Positions 36,888-51,149 of a stretch of 64,000 bases of DNA are shown piece by piece. Source of the stretch: Octopus bimaculoides (taxonomy: Eukaryota); assembly GCF_001194135.2 (NCBI RefSeq), contig NC_068984.1, positions 31,753,881-31,817,880 on the forward strand, written 5' to 3'. The translations under genes were made by a program, and so were the position numbers. Under the pieces are notes generated by a model, which saw only the letters and a list, made by a program, of their open reading frames with translations, ran no database searches and was not told the origin of the DNA. Position 1 is the first letter of the stretch; the number at the start of each line of letters is the position of its first letter.

Positions 36888-39216
36888 GCTCATATGAGCA
36901 AAATTTGTTATCCTTACTTGGATAAGGAAATAGGGCTTGTATCAGAAAGGGAACTAAAGGGTAAATGGACTAAAACGAAAGAATAAAATGAAAGTGTATA
37001 TATATATGTGTGTGTGTGTATACCGGAGTAAGCACATAAAATGTGCAACAAGGTGGAAAAAAGAGTACTCAAATACCAGAGGTAGAGTAATATGCTTTAT
37101 TTAAAAGCAGCAGAAATATAACAAAAACATATATATATATATATATGTATGTATGTATGTATATTCTCGTTCACATAACATCTATGTGTGTGTGTGTTTG
37201 TGTGTGAATCTGATAAAGTAGATACAATTTACGATAAAGATTTGCTGTTTTATTTTTATTACAATTCTAGTGTCTTTCAGAGCAAAATCTTTGAGGGCTG
37301 TTCGCATGCTTTACTGCCTCTGGTAGTCACTCACTCCCACTCCGTTTGTTGTTTTACTTTTCTTTCCCACCAAGCGTGACCGATAGGCCATACATTGCGT
37401 TTTATTATATGTAAGATTATTATTAACGGGAAGAGTGCTCTCGACTCGACTCTGTAACGTTTCTGAACTTTTCATGTTATTTGATAGAAATGAGATGTAT
37501 TCGTCTTAAAATTGTCTTCACTTATACAAACCAACTCTTTTCGTTGAGCGGTTACGTTTTACTTCATCTGCACATCATGAAGGACATATAGCGGTAAAGT
37601 TTCGTTGCGTAAATCTTGCCTGTTTTGCTTTAAAAAGTTGGAAATCCCTTGAGAAATAATATTCACGGTGGACAAATATGAAAGAGAGAAAGAGAGAGAG
37701 TTAAGCGGAATGAGAATTGCATAAAACGTTTTAGGGGAAAATCTCAACGCAATGCAGCACCAACAGCCTCAACAACAATAACAATGGGAAAAGAAGTGAC
37801 ATAACAAACAGGAGTTAATACAATTTCAGCGAATATTTCCCGGATTTGACATCATCTAAATGAAGTATAACATCGATAACACAATCAACAAGAAAATCAG
37901 AAATGGTGAATCAGGAATATAGAGACATTACTCTGCTACAGTTACCACTGTACTTAAACTACTTTCATGGTTGCGAGGTGTAGCAGCGTCACTAACATCC
38001 TTGGTACCGCAACTACCGTAAGCACAACAACAATGACTCCGCTATGAAATATAGCAAAGCTACTTCAAATAGTTTGGTTTTACCGGTAGACGACGAATCG
38101 TTTAGAGGAGCTCCTTATATTGCTAAAAGAGATGGCCAATGCACTTTTCTGATCATAATAACAGTGGTGATCAATAATGATAATAGATTCCTAGTCCTTC
38201 TTTTACTTTTGACTTTGTTCATATTTTGTAGCTATTCTTGTTTTATGCATTATACTATTACTCCAACGTTATCATACTGTTTCTTCCTAACGTGTCTCCA
38301 TTTGAATCTGTCGTACATTGATTCCTAAGTAGTTGTAAATTTGTATTTCATCCAATCTTTTATCGTTAATATTTTATTTATCAGCTTTTCTCTTTGACTA
38401 ATCTACCGTTGCATTCAAGCTCAAACTGAGGCTGGGCGTTTTGCGACCGGAATGTTAATAAGCATTTCTTACATTCTACCAGCTACAAAAAGCAGTCATC
38501 GAAAACTTAACCACTTCATTTTATAGTTGTTGTTACAAGTGTTAGATTAGCCTAAATGGTATAACGCCAAACTATAACGTTTGCAGTAAGATAAAAATCG
38601 CAAGTCCAAGGAAAATGTCTCATAGAAAACATTTGTTACAGAATTTAGTCACAGTTAGGGAAGAATTTATTATTTGGAGGCCTTTAATCCAAGAACACTT
38701 TTATAAACCTTACTGCATTTTGTTTCATTTTTCTTTTCGATTCCAGCAGATGAATTCCTTTCTCCAAAGTCTATAGAACAAAGCAATAATTTTCTCTAAT
38801 GAATTCAATCATCTATATTATTCTAATAGAGCTGAAGCCAATGAAAAGACATCCTCCTGAATGATTGACATATTTTAAATATTAATGAAACCTCTCACCT
38901 TATACGCCAAAATCTTCAAAAAGGAAGGACATTTTTGGTAAAGGACTCTATGTTTAGACGAAGGCATAGCTCTATGGTTAAGAAATTTGATTTGCAACCA
39001 AATTATTTCAGTCGCCGTCCCATTGCCAGCGCATAGCTCATTGAGAAAGTGACTCTTTCTATAGTACCCAACTTTTCATTGCCTTTGAGTGGATTTGGTA
39101 GGCAGAAGTTCGTCATATGTGTGTGGGTATCTGTGTTCGCTTTTTGTGTGTAGGGATAATTCGAAACCGAACCGCTTGGTCGTCGGTCAGACATCATGAT
39201 CAAAGCACAACAGTTT

Positions 39217-39305
39217 CACGTGATCGGCCTATTAAGTAACCAATCAGCGTCAAGCGCAATTATTGTTTCAGTTGGGATGGGCCAATCACAGATTACTGTG
39301 CCAAT
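39217..39305. promoter_or_regulatory. Candidate promoter: E-box plus three co-oriented CCAAT boxes
   Basis: CACGTG 39217-39222; AACCAATCAGC 39240; GGCCAATCAC 39282; GCCAATAAG 39301; in apparently non-repeat, CpG-retaining DNA. Confidence 0.35.
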
Positions 39306-40739
39306 AAGTTTGTCGTAAGCTCCAAGCAATATGTCTGACTCTACAGGCTATGAAATTGTTGCTGGTTGTATTTGTAAAAGTACCAACACAGTTAAAACTC
39401 TATGTGCAACAATAAAATGTGTTAACTGTTCGCAGGTGTCGTCAGTTATTTCTTCACGCGGCTCGAGAAATACATTTTGACTCAGCCACTCAGACATTCA
39501 TCACCTAAGATCAGCCAACAACAATAATAAAGCTACAATGTGTCTGTGTTTGTCTCTCGTTGCTTAATAACCAGTGTTGATTTATTTACGTAACTACGTA
39601 ACTTAACGGTTTATAAAAAGACACCAATAAAATAAGTAACAAATTTTGAATAGGTACTGACGTTGACTTGATTGCCTAAAACCCATCGAGAAAGAGCCTC
39701 AGCTTGGCTGCTATCCAGTGACTGAAAAAAATGAATGAATAAAATAACGAATGCTGCATCTGAAATGAACGACGGGGACATCTTTGGCAATAAGTCTTCT
39801 TGATCAGAGTTTAATCTGGACGAAAGAATATTAACAGGTTATGACTTCGCGCAAATTAAAATACATTTTAATATAAGCGAGGACGGTGAAGTACAGAAAC
39901 ACCCAATTGCAGTGTAAAAAGCGCTTCACAACATCATCTGATCTCATTTTACATCTCTCTATGCTGCATTCTTCTTGATGTACAAGAAATGGCGACTGAT
40001 TCTCCTTTACTTCATTCTGTTCTCTTCCAGAAATGACAAAAAAGAAAGATTGGTTTTTGTATGTCTAAAAGATGGTTGGATGTTTACGGATGCAACACAT
40101 CTGAGAATAGAACTATTCGCTTCAGGGCGGAATAGCAGCGATCAGTCATATGTTGCTCTGTATTACAGAAGATATCTACACTTACATACATTATACAGAT
40201 TTGGCTTAATACTTCAATATCACAGCTATCACTAAACCATATAGCAATTTAACGGCAACAACCACACCAGCAATAACATTAGCATTAATATCACAAATAT
40301 CATTGTAAGGCTATTTTAAACATTTTTCGTTTTGGATTAATACCAAGTAAGTCTATTCTGTCAAAATCACCTTCATATCCCTTACCTCATATCCAAATTT
40401 GCTGATCATATATCTCTATTGATCATCAATCAAACATTGTCTGATTCACAATATGTTACGTCTCACTTCGTTCACCATTTAATTCCATATCTGGCCGAGA
40501 TCTGAAAGTTTGGCAGATCCACCAAATCAATAAGCTATGCACACATAATCATAAACAATACGTGTATGTGTCTGTATGTAAATACATATACACGTATGTA
40601 TATGTATTAATGTGTGTATGTACATTTACATACTTATATGTGCGTATTCATGTGCATATACATGTATGTATTTATGTATGTATGTATGTATATATATATA
40701 TGTGTATATATATATGTGTGTATAGATGTGTGTGTGTAT

Positions 40740-40814
<75 letters not shown>

Positions 40815-41509
40815 TGTGTGTATTGTTTGTGCATTTGTATGTTGTATCTTGGAAAGATTATTTACCAAACTAAAATAAGAAAATACACGCAATTGTTTTA
40901 TTTCGTTTCTTTTTATAAATAGTCAACTTCTTAATTAATTAAGCAATTAAATAATCGATTACTTGACTATTCGCTTGATTAATAAATTAATCAGTCAGTT
41001 TGTGAGAGTCATTTCGTCGCCATTCATGACCTTATCGATGACATCCAATCGTCTGCTTTTCATGTGTCACAATGTTTAAGAAACATTTCATTTTGTTCTT
41101 GTATTTATTGTCTTTGGAATACCTGAGTGCATATATGCGTTTAGTTTGGACTTAAGATCTTTTGTGTATGATTGTGTGTGTGTGTGATTGTATGTGTATG
41201 TGTTACTTGTTTAGTGTTTATACTAGTAGATTGTGTGTATGTGCATACGTATGCGCGTGTGTATACGTGTTTTGGTTTACATGCATCTAAGACGGTGCCT
41301 GTGTTAGGAACAATTTTTATGTTTGTATGTACATATGAGTGTGCATGAAAATTCGTAATCGAGCAATGACTTCCATTACCACCTGATGCTGGATTTTTAT
41401 GCCCTGCGACCACTACAGACGTGAACGTGCATTGTGCATGTTTGCGTATGCAAATGTATGGGTCATCATATAAAGGTATGTATACGTGTATAAAGTGCGC
41501 TTGTGTGTC

Positions 41510-41612
<103 letters not shown>

Positions 41613-41759
41613 CTGGTTAGGGTGCTGCACTCACGATCGAGAAAGATCGTGGTTTCATTTTCTGAACTGGGTGATGAGTTGTGTTCTGGAGCAAAGCACT
41701 TCATTTCACATTGCTCTGCGATTACTTAAACATCTGACGTGTGGTACATCGTGTACTTA

Positions 41760-43290
41760 TTCAGAAAACCTCGATTAGATGCATTGTGCGAAAGTACATT
41801 TATATGCGTGTAAGCATCTCGAGAGTCGTTCAGAAATTCTATTAATGATCTGCTCGTTAGTCCGCAGAATAGACAGGGATTCCTCGGAGCGGAGACGGCA
41901 TCTCCTGGAAATAATATTGTATGGTTTCGCGTACCTTACAATGAACCAATTAATGCTGTACTTCATTTTATCTTCCTTCAGTCGCTATACAAAATCTGCC
42001 AAAGATTTTAAATGTCTCTTATTGATTGTCTTAAAGTTAGCAACATAGTTACGATAACGATTCTTAAATGAATCAGCCGTCTGCCCAATATAAACATACG
42101 GCCCTCCCATTGTGTGCACGGTACATTTATATACAAGATTTGTACTCATACAGAGATTCATCAAAGGACATTTTGATTTATCTCTGCATGAGCCTTTATC
42201 GTGTTAGCTGTATCATAAGTATTTCTATTACTACAAATTCGTCGTAGGTGGAGTTTATCATTGCGGTTTACATATCCTTGGTTGGTATTTAGATGCAAAT
42301 GGTCGCTAGATCCAATAGCTGGGTTAGTGAACCTTTGCCGCATTTTGCTTTTGTTTATGCGATGCATAAGCTGCTCTAAATTAGCAGAGTTGACGTAGGA
42401 TACCTTCACGGTGTGTCGATTAAAAATAACATACTGATTAAATTTAGGAAAACACTTGTCCAAAGCAGCAAAACAAATTTTCCAGTGATCTTGGTTGAAA
42501 CATGCAAAATCGGGTTGAACCAGAGGACATCTTGATTCCTGGATCTGTTGTTAGGCTTATTTGATTGAGTGTGTTGTACAGGACTGGAACAAGCAGTTGG
42601 ATTATTATGTCGCATGTGTCTATCAGTTTTCATTGGTAGTTCATTGATATGACCAATTCTTCCTGGCCTGTATTCTTTATCTGAGTGAGTTCTCAAACCG
42701 TAACGTTGTGGTGCTATACAATGTGCATCATTGTTGGAGGAATTACCAGTGTTGTGTATGCCCACTTCTTGCATATACTGAATTTTTTCACGGTACCCAG
42801 CCCTAGCCAAAGCAGCATTATAATAAGTTGCATGTGATTCGAAAAATTTATTATTAGCAGTAATCTAGAGATTCTTATAGAAATATTCTTAACTAGTCCC
42901 CGTATAATCGAGGGTGGATGGTTGGATGCTACATTAATGTACTTAATATGATCATTTGGCTCATGAAATGGTTCAAATAATCCAGTATCAAGATAGAAGG
43001 TTGCGTCAAGAAAATCCACTCTACGATAATCTTTACCCATGGTAATGTTTAGTTCTAATTTTTTTTTAAATCTAAAGAAATTTTTCCTATGCCTTTCTAA
43101 CTGTACTTTACTAATTGTGTCCAGGTTGTGTGTGAAGCTGGGGTATTTTCAGAGAAGCAGTCGATCCGAATACCGGGCTATCAACACTGTCAGAATCCAA
43201 ACCAAAGCCGGGATACTTCAGGTGTAGAAAATTTAAGCTTCACGACGATTATACCAGCATATAGGTTTCACAGAGAATAAATAATCCAAT
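41760..43290 (-). mobile_element. Penelope-like element: RT C-terminal half, linker and decayed endonuclease end
   Basis: RRVDFLDATFYLDTGLFEPFHEPNDHIKYINVASNHPPSIIRGL, QDVLWFNP, KCFPK..VIFNRHTVKVSY, YSINWFIVRYAKPYNIISRRCRL..ISERLSRCLHAYK; several frameshifts. Confidence 0.9.
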
Positions 43291-43296
43291 GGTAAA

Positions 43297-44966
43297 AAGA
43301 CAAAGAAAATTCTTTAACACATCTTTAATTATAAGTTACAAATGTTTGCATACCATCTTCATTTGCAACACCAGTTTACGTGAAAAATCACGTAATATTT
43401 GCGGTTTAGACATTGGAGAGGCACTTCATCAGACTTGCATCAAAGGTGTACTATTACATTGTGCATTATCCAGATATTGTTGTTAGGAAAATATGAAGAG
43501 GAAATAGAAAAGGAAAACTTAATAGTGTGGATGTGGGATGAGTATGTGGGGTAGATATTATACGGTGAGGGTATCAAGAGGGTGGATATGTATAATAGGA
43601 GGGAGAGAGGGAAGGAGGGGCGGAAATTGATCAGCAGAAGACGAAAGTGAAGAAGAAGAAGAAGAAGAAGAAGAAGAAGAAGAAGAAGAAGAAGGAGGAG
43701 GAGGGGAAGGAGAAAAGGAAGAGGAGAAGTAGATACAGTGACAAGAGTTGTATATAGCAAAACGGTTTATCTAATAGTATGCTGGTGGTGGGTCAGCCAG
43801 TACAGGCAGAACCATTGTTGCTGAAATTCATTTGATAGAAGATGTGTGTGTATCTATATGTCTGTGTAAGTATGTTTGGGTGTATCTGTGTATGTGTCTG
43901 GGTTTGCAGGAGTATATATACGTATGTGTGTATGGATGTGTATATATTCTTGTGCATGTATACGTATGTATTTGTGTATGTGTGTATATATACATGTGTG
44001 TGCGTGTGTGTGTGTGTGCGTGTGAATGCATGTATATATAAATGCACCAATAGCTATATATCACACTGCCCATATATTTCCTTTTATTTTTATTATTCTT
44101 TTATTTATCATTTCAACCATACCTGAATAACTTATATGCTTTAATATCCTCCTGGCCACTATTTAATAAAATTAAACTCTAATTATTTTCTACTCCGGGG
44201 TTTTATGTCTTTACTGCCCTCATTTAGGGCCTCTCATCCACTTCCATCTCTTAGTCTTTTTTTGTTCCTTTGTGTAACTCTTCCACACCAGGGTCATAGA
44301 CAAGGTCTCCCCCTCATCATACACCATAAATATCCTCATCATTTGATTCTGGACAATCGTCTAGTTATCTGTTTAACAGACCTTTTCACTTTCAGTTCTG
44401 GCAGACTGATGCCGTTGGGTGGGCAAATACATCTATCAGATGAATTTCAGTAATAATGGTTCGGCCTGTACTGGCTGACCAACCACCAGCATATAACTAG
44501 ATAAACCGTTTTGCTGTATGCAGCCTTACCCATTGTATCTACTTCTCCCTCTTCCTTTTCTTCTTCTTCTCCTTCCTCTTCTTCTTCTCCTCCTACTTAA
44601 CTTTTGTCTTTTGCTGATCATTTTCCACCCCTCCTTCTCTTTCTCCCTCCTATCATTATACATATCCACCCTCTTGATTCCTTCCACCATATAGTATCGA
44701 CCCCACATACTCATCCCACATCCACACTTTTAAGCTTTCCTTTTCTATTTCCTCTTGATATTTTCCTAACAATGTCTGAAGGATGTACAGTGTAAAAGCA
44801 CACCTTTGATGGAAGTCTGATAAAGTGCCTCTCCAATGTCTAAACTGCAAATATTACGTGATTTTTTCATTTAGAATTTTCGCGTAAACTGGTGTTGCGA
44901 ATAGAGATGGGATGGAAATATTTGTATATTATGATTAAAGATGTGTTAAAGAATTTTCTTTGTCTT
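43297..44966. repeat. Pair of ~540-bp inverted repeats (43297-43838 / 44433-44966), PLE pseudo-LTR-like
   Basis: Arms are collinear reverse complements, including the purine-rich tract and GTCTGAT(G/A)AAGTGCCTCTCCAATGTCTAAAC; the left arm abuts the PLE ORF. Confidence 0.85.
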
Positions 44967-44977
44967 CTTTTCCTTGG

Positions 44978-45009
<32 letters not shown>

Positions 45010-45571
45010 TCCTTATTTGTAAATTAAGCCTACCATTGGTTTCATGTTAAGAAGAGTAGGAAAATATTCAAGTATCTTGATTGGCTTGAAAACTTGTTAA
45101 AATACTCGAATATTTTCCTACCCTTCTTACTATGCAACCAATAGTAGCCTTAATTCACAAATAAAGAAATTATTTATTCACCAATGCAGTGTTGAGCACT
45201 CATTTTATATTTACGTACATATATATATATATATATATATATATNNNNNNNNNNNNNNNNNNNNNNNNNNNNNNNNNNNNNNNNNNNNNNNNNNNNNNNN
45301 NNNNNNNNNNNNNNNNNNNNNNNNNNNNNNNNNNNNNNNNNNNNAAAACTGTACAAAAAAAAAAAAGACACAAAAAGCAAGTGTCAGAGTTAGGTGAAGA
45401 ACAACAAACAGCATGTTTTAGTTTGACACTCAGAAAAATTTGAAGAGTCTTTGGCTTTTTGAGCCTACACACTTCTACAGAAAGGAACGAGGAGAGAAAA
45501 CAGATGGAGTGAGAAAAATATTTCTGGATTAACAGTTGCACAAGTTATATGTGTGTGCACATGAGCATGTC

Positions 45572-45603
<32 letters not shown>

Positions 45604-46774
45604 CACACATGCCCATACTTGCTAATTCTCAATTCCATAAATTACAAATTACTCTAGTTCTGATTGCTGAAATATTTGTGTGCTCTACTGAAAACAAAGA
45701 AAATCTATATATCATGTAATTTTGAACATATTTTTAATCATTCGAATAGGAAAGGAGAAATAATACTCAGAACAGAAACATGAGTAAAACAGAATATAAA
45801 AAATAAATTTATAACAATATATGTCTATATGTGCAAAATAAGAAAACTGATATACAATATTGATATAAGAAGTGATATGAAAAGAAATTTAATGTAACAA
45901 CAACAGATAAGCTATAAAGTAGTTCCATTATAACTCAGTAGAGATCATGTTTTAGCTAAAATATTTTCAGATTTACATACAAAGTCTTAACTTCAAATCT
46001 AGAGACAGTGTAATATTCACAACAATAATATTTGCTGTTTAAATATTAAATATTTAGAAAAATGATCATTTCAGTATTTTATAATGCTTGATGTCATGTT
46101 ACACTTGGAGACAAACTTTCACTTCTGGAATTTCAAACTTTGACAAGTAAAAATAAGTCACACTTCACTACCTCTTTTTCCTCTCTGCTTCTCTCTCTCT
46201 CTATCTATCTATCTCCATCTATCTATTTATCTATCTATCTCACACACACACACATAATCTATCTATCTACAAATGTTTCAAAATTTGTAAAATATGATAA
46301 CTTTGTGTATTGTGAGGAGAGTTAGGTTTTGGTGTCATGGGCTAGATCCAAACTCATTGCATACAAACTTATTTCATTTTCTAAATCTTTTCAACTGCCT
46401 TTTACAGATGCAAATTACTACTGTTGTCCTTGCTATCTAAGCTAAATATTGACCTATTTGGCTATCATGCCATACAGTGTTTAAAAATTTATAATAAATA
46501 AAAATATTAGAAGCAGATCATTATTTTTTCTTGTCATTGTCTTCTTGTTTACTTTGTAGATATATTTGGTAGCTTTAGATAAATATATATCTGCATATTT
46601 TTATGCATATGTATCTACTTGTATAATTCATTAATATATAAGTAAAAGAAGTATATTCATGAAAACTAAATAACAAATCATACTTTGTTTCCCAATCTGG
46701 TTATATAAAAGTGACAGAAGTATATTAATACCAAAATGTCCTATCTATCAAACACTTAAACTCTCAAACATGTA

Positions 46775-47090
46775 GATTAGTGGTTAGGATAATCGGCTTA
46801 TGATCATGAAGTCATGTGTTTGATACCTGGTGGTGCCTTGTGTCCTTGAGCAAGACACTTTATTTCACATTGCTCCAGTCCACTCAGCTGGGAAAAAGGA
46901 GTTGTGAATATGAGTCAAAGGGCCAGCCTTGTTGCATTCTGTGTCACTCTGGATCTCCCTGAGAACTATGCTAAAGATACACATGTTTCTTGAGTACTCA
47001 GCCACTTGCATGTCAATTTCACAAAGAGACTGTTCCAGTGATCGCATTACCTGGAACCCTCATTATCATAACTGTCAAAGTGCCAGTTAA
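46775..47090 (+). mobile_element. tRNA-derived SINE, family C
   Basis: TAGTGGTTAGG A-box, decayed B-box, TTGTGTCCTTGAGCAAGACACTTTA central motif, tail ..CTCAGCCACTTGCA..GGAACCCTC. Confidence 0.75.
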
Positions 47091-47104
47091 CACAATATCC
47101 ACTA

Positions 47105-49115
47105 TTAAGTAGGGGTAATACATGAAGGAGTCATACCCAATGGCTGGTGTAGCAGCACCATAGTCAACTGCTACAAAGGTAATGGTGATGAATTAGATGC
47201 GAATAACTACAGACGTATAAAATTTTTGGATCATGTAATGAAAGTCATGAAGAGGGTCACAGCTCAACTAATTAGGGAGAGAGCTAGTTTAGGTGAGATG
47301 CAGTTTGGGTTTGTGCCAGGGAAAAGTACCAATGATGCTATATTTCTGGTAAGACAGCTGCAAGAGAAATACCTAGCCAAAGGTAAACCTCTGTACCTGG
47401 CTTTCATTGACATGGAGAGAGCCTTTAAGAGGGTCCTCCAATCCCTTATCTGGTGGTCAATGAGGAAACTAGGGATAGGTAAGTGGTTAGTGGGAGTTGT
47501 ACAAGCTATGTACAGGGATGCTGTCAGTAAGAAGATGGTTGGCAACGAGTATAGTGAAGAATTCCAGGTAGGGATGGGGGTCCACCAAGGATCAGTCCTC
47601 AGCCTGTTCCCCTATTAATCATAGTCCTCCAGGCAATAACAGAAGAATTTGAGACAGCGTACCCCTGAGAGCTTCTCTATGCTCTAATATCTGAGTCACT
47701 GTCAGAACTAGAGAAGTTTCAAGTGTGGAAAGAAGGACTAGAATTGAAGGATCATAGAGTCAACCTAGCAAAAACCAAAGTCTTACTAAGTAGGAAGGCA
47801 GAAAAATCACAAATCCCTGCAGGTAGATGGCCCTGCCTGATCTGTAGAAAAGATGTAGGTAGAATCTCCATAAGATGTACTCGGTGTAAGCTATGGACAC
47901 ATAAGAGATGCAACAATATCAAAGGAAGGCTAACTGGGAAGATAGTTTTTTGTGTGGAAAATGCTCAGGGGAAATAAACATTGAAAATGTGCAGAAAACA
48001 GCTTCCACCACATGCCAGGAGGAAAAAAATACAAATAGTTGATAGCTTCCATTACCTAAGGGACCAAGGCAGTTGTGGAGATGGATGCTCTGAGTTTGTA
48101 GCTGCTAGAATAAGAATAGCTTGGGCATAGTTGAGAGAGCTCCTACCTCTGCTGGTGACTCTGAGTGAGTAAAAGGTAGACTGTATGATGCATATGTGTG
48201 AACAGCCATGCTACATGGGAGTGAAACATGGGCTGTGACTGCTGAGAACATGCATAATCTTGCAAGGAATGAAGCTTGTATGCTCCACTGGATGTGTAAT
48301 GTCAGTGTACATACACCACAGAGTGTAAGCGCCCTGAGAGAAAAGTTGGACATAAGAAGCATTAGATGTAGTGTGCAAAAGAGACGACTGCATGGTATGG
48401 TCATGTGTTGCATATGGAAGAGGACAGCTGTGTGGAAAAGTGTCACATCCTAGCAGTAGAGAGGATCTGTGAAAGAGGTAGACCCAAGAAGACTTGGGAT
48501 GAGGTGGTGAAGCACGACCTTCAAACGTTGGGTCTCACCAAGGTGATGACAAGTGACCAAGACCTTTGGAGATTTGTTGTGTTTGTGAAGACTGTAACCA
48601 TGAGATCGTAACCATGGCTTATGCCAGTGCAGCATAACTGGTTCATTTAAGAGTAACCTTCAATCGTTGGGCAATAAACTGTGCTTGCGAAGACCTGTTG
48701 AGTCAAATGATTTCATTGTCGTGGCCCATGACAGTACCACCTAAAGGCACCTGTGCTGGTAGCACATTAAAAGCTCAATTTGAGCATGATTAATGCCAGT
48801 GCTGCCTGACTTGTCCTATGCCAGTGGCACGTAAAAAGCACCATTTGAGCATGGTCATTGCCAGTGCCACCTGACTAACTCCTGTGCTGGTGGCACGTAA
48901 AAAGCACCAATCAAGTGTGGTCGATCCCAGTGCCACCTGACTAGCCCTCCATTCTTGGAGTGGTTGGTGTTAGGCAGGGCATCCAGCTGTAGAAACTTTG
49001 CCAGATCAGATTGGAGCCTGGTGCTGCCTTCTGGCTTGTCAGCCCTCAATCAAACCATCCAACCCATGCCAACATGGAAAGTGGACGTTAAATGACGACG
49101 ATGATGATGATGATG
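47105..49115 (+). mobile_element. 5'-truncated RTE LINE (RT, C-terminus, 3' UTR with (GAT)n)
   Basis: EMQFGFVPGKSTNDAIFLVRQLQEKY..LAFIDMERAF..GVHQGSVLS, damaged LYA(DD) motif, MLHGSETW, RGRPKKTW..DLQTLGL, (GAT)n tail; frameshifts. Confidence 0.95.
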
Positions 49116-49429
49116 TTGATTAATCATATCAGTGTCTATAGTCATATATGTAGTCTTTGGTTTAGATTTCCTAATCCAAGCTGAGGAAGACTATCATAAA
49201 CCAGCCAATTCAATTGATTATCTAAGTTCAGTGTATAATTGCAGATTTTTTTAAATATTTGATGATGGCAGTGAGCTGTGAGTATCATTACCATGCTGGA
49301 TGCTATACCTAACATGGTATTTTGAATGTCATTATGTTCTGAGTTCTCATTCCACAAAAACTGACTTTGCCTTTCATCTTTTTCGGGTTGATAAAATAAG
49401 TACCAGTCAAGAACTTGGGTTAATATAAG

Positions 49430-49590
49430 CGCAGGAGTATCTGTGTGGTAAGTAGCTTACTTACCAACCACATGGTTCTGGGTTCAGTCCCACTGCATGT
49501 CATGTTGGGCAACAGTCTACTGCTATAGCCTCAGGCCGACTAAAGCCTTGTGAGTGGATTAGGTAGATGGAAACTGAAAGAAGCTTGTCG

Positions 49591-49634
<44 letters not shown>

Positions 49635-49880
49635 TATATGCATGCATATATGTGTGTGTGTGTATGTGCTTGTGTTTCAGTGTTTGTACCCTCACCATCG
49701 CTTGACAACCGACGTTGGTGTGTTTATGTCCTTGTAATCTAGTGATTCAGCAAAAGAGGCCGATAGAATAAGTACTAGGCTTGCAAAGAATATGTCCTGG
49801 GGGCGATTTGCTCGACTTAAGGCAGTGCTACAGCATGGCCACAGTCAAATGACTGAAACAAATAAAAGAATAAAAGAATA
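49430..49880 (+). mobile_element. tRNA-derived SINE, family B, with internal (TA)/(TG) microsatellite
   Basis: GCAGGAGT..TGTGTGGTAAGTAGCTT..GGTTCAGTCCC..GCCTTGTGAGTGGAT..GAATAAGTACTAGG..CAAATGACTGAAAC; second copy at 62410-62780. Confidence 0.85.
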
Positions 49881-51149
49881 TAATCAACTTACCTGCCTCC
49901 CCTGAAATTGCTGGCCCAGTGCCAAAATTTGAAACCTATATTTGGAGGAACTGATATACCAAATTTATGAACACATCAAATCAACACCTTCAAGTTCCAC
50001 AAGTAGCCCGCCCCCTCCCCACTCCCACAACCAGCACAAACAAGTGCCATTTACCTTTCAGACTTTTTTTGTACCCTCCCCACCACCATGCCATTTTGGT
50101 AATTATTGTCAATAGCAACATCAGCACTGAAGCAATAACCACCATTACCCCCTCTACAAAGACTACAACCTTTGCTACCGTTTCCAACATTCCTGTCACT
50201 ATCTCCATCATTGCTTAGAAGAATAGACAAACAAATATAAATTAATATGTGAAAACAAACAAAAATTACATAACAATAGTAACAAAATAACAATAGATTA
50301 CATAACAATAGTAACAAAATAACAATAGATTACATAACAGATATGAAAAATAAAAAATAAACGCAGACAGCAGAAAAAAAAAAATCAATTGAAGGGAAAC
50401 CAAAATGAAAAGATTAAAAATATTTAATCAAACACAAAATGGCTGTCTCTTATGCTCATTTCTATTTTATATTTTTAGCTGGGAAAGTTATTTTTGTTGT
50501 TTGATTTACCAGATTGTCAATTGGTTGAGATGGCTGACACAACACACTAAGTTTTTCTTGTTTTTCTTGTATTATGGCAAAAGAGAAAAAAATAATAATG
50601 ATCACAGCTGCTATTAAAGGTGGGTTGGAGATGATCAACAAATATTGTGGAAAATCTGCACACATAAATTCAAATACACAGATTTCAGCAATGTGCTTCT
50701 GAAGCAGCAGAAGCAGCAGCAGTAATAATAGTGGTGATGGTGGTAGTGGTGGTGGTAGCAGTAGTAGTAATAATTTATTTCAAATGTTGGCACAAGGCCA
50801 GTAATTTCAGGGCATGATTGCATTGACCCCAATGATCAACAGATACTTATTTTATCTATATCAAAAGGAGGAAAGGTAAAGTGAACCTTGGCTGATTTGA
50901 ACTCAGACTGAAAAGCCAGGACACATGCGGCAAAGGCTTTTGTCTGATGTGCTAACAGTTCTGCCAGATCATCAATAATGATAATATTCATGGCATTGTT
51001 TATCTTGATTTAAGACCACCATGTTGTACACATATGGTTGTAATGCATGTGCCTGGTGTACACTTCTCAGATGAGTAGTCATTGAGCTTCATATATTTGT
51101 ACCCCAGTGTCACTTTAATGACACACATTGCTCTTTTGCTCAAGAGAGA

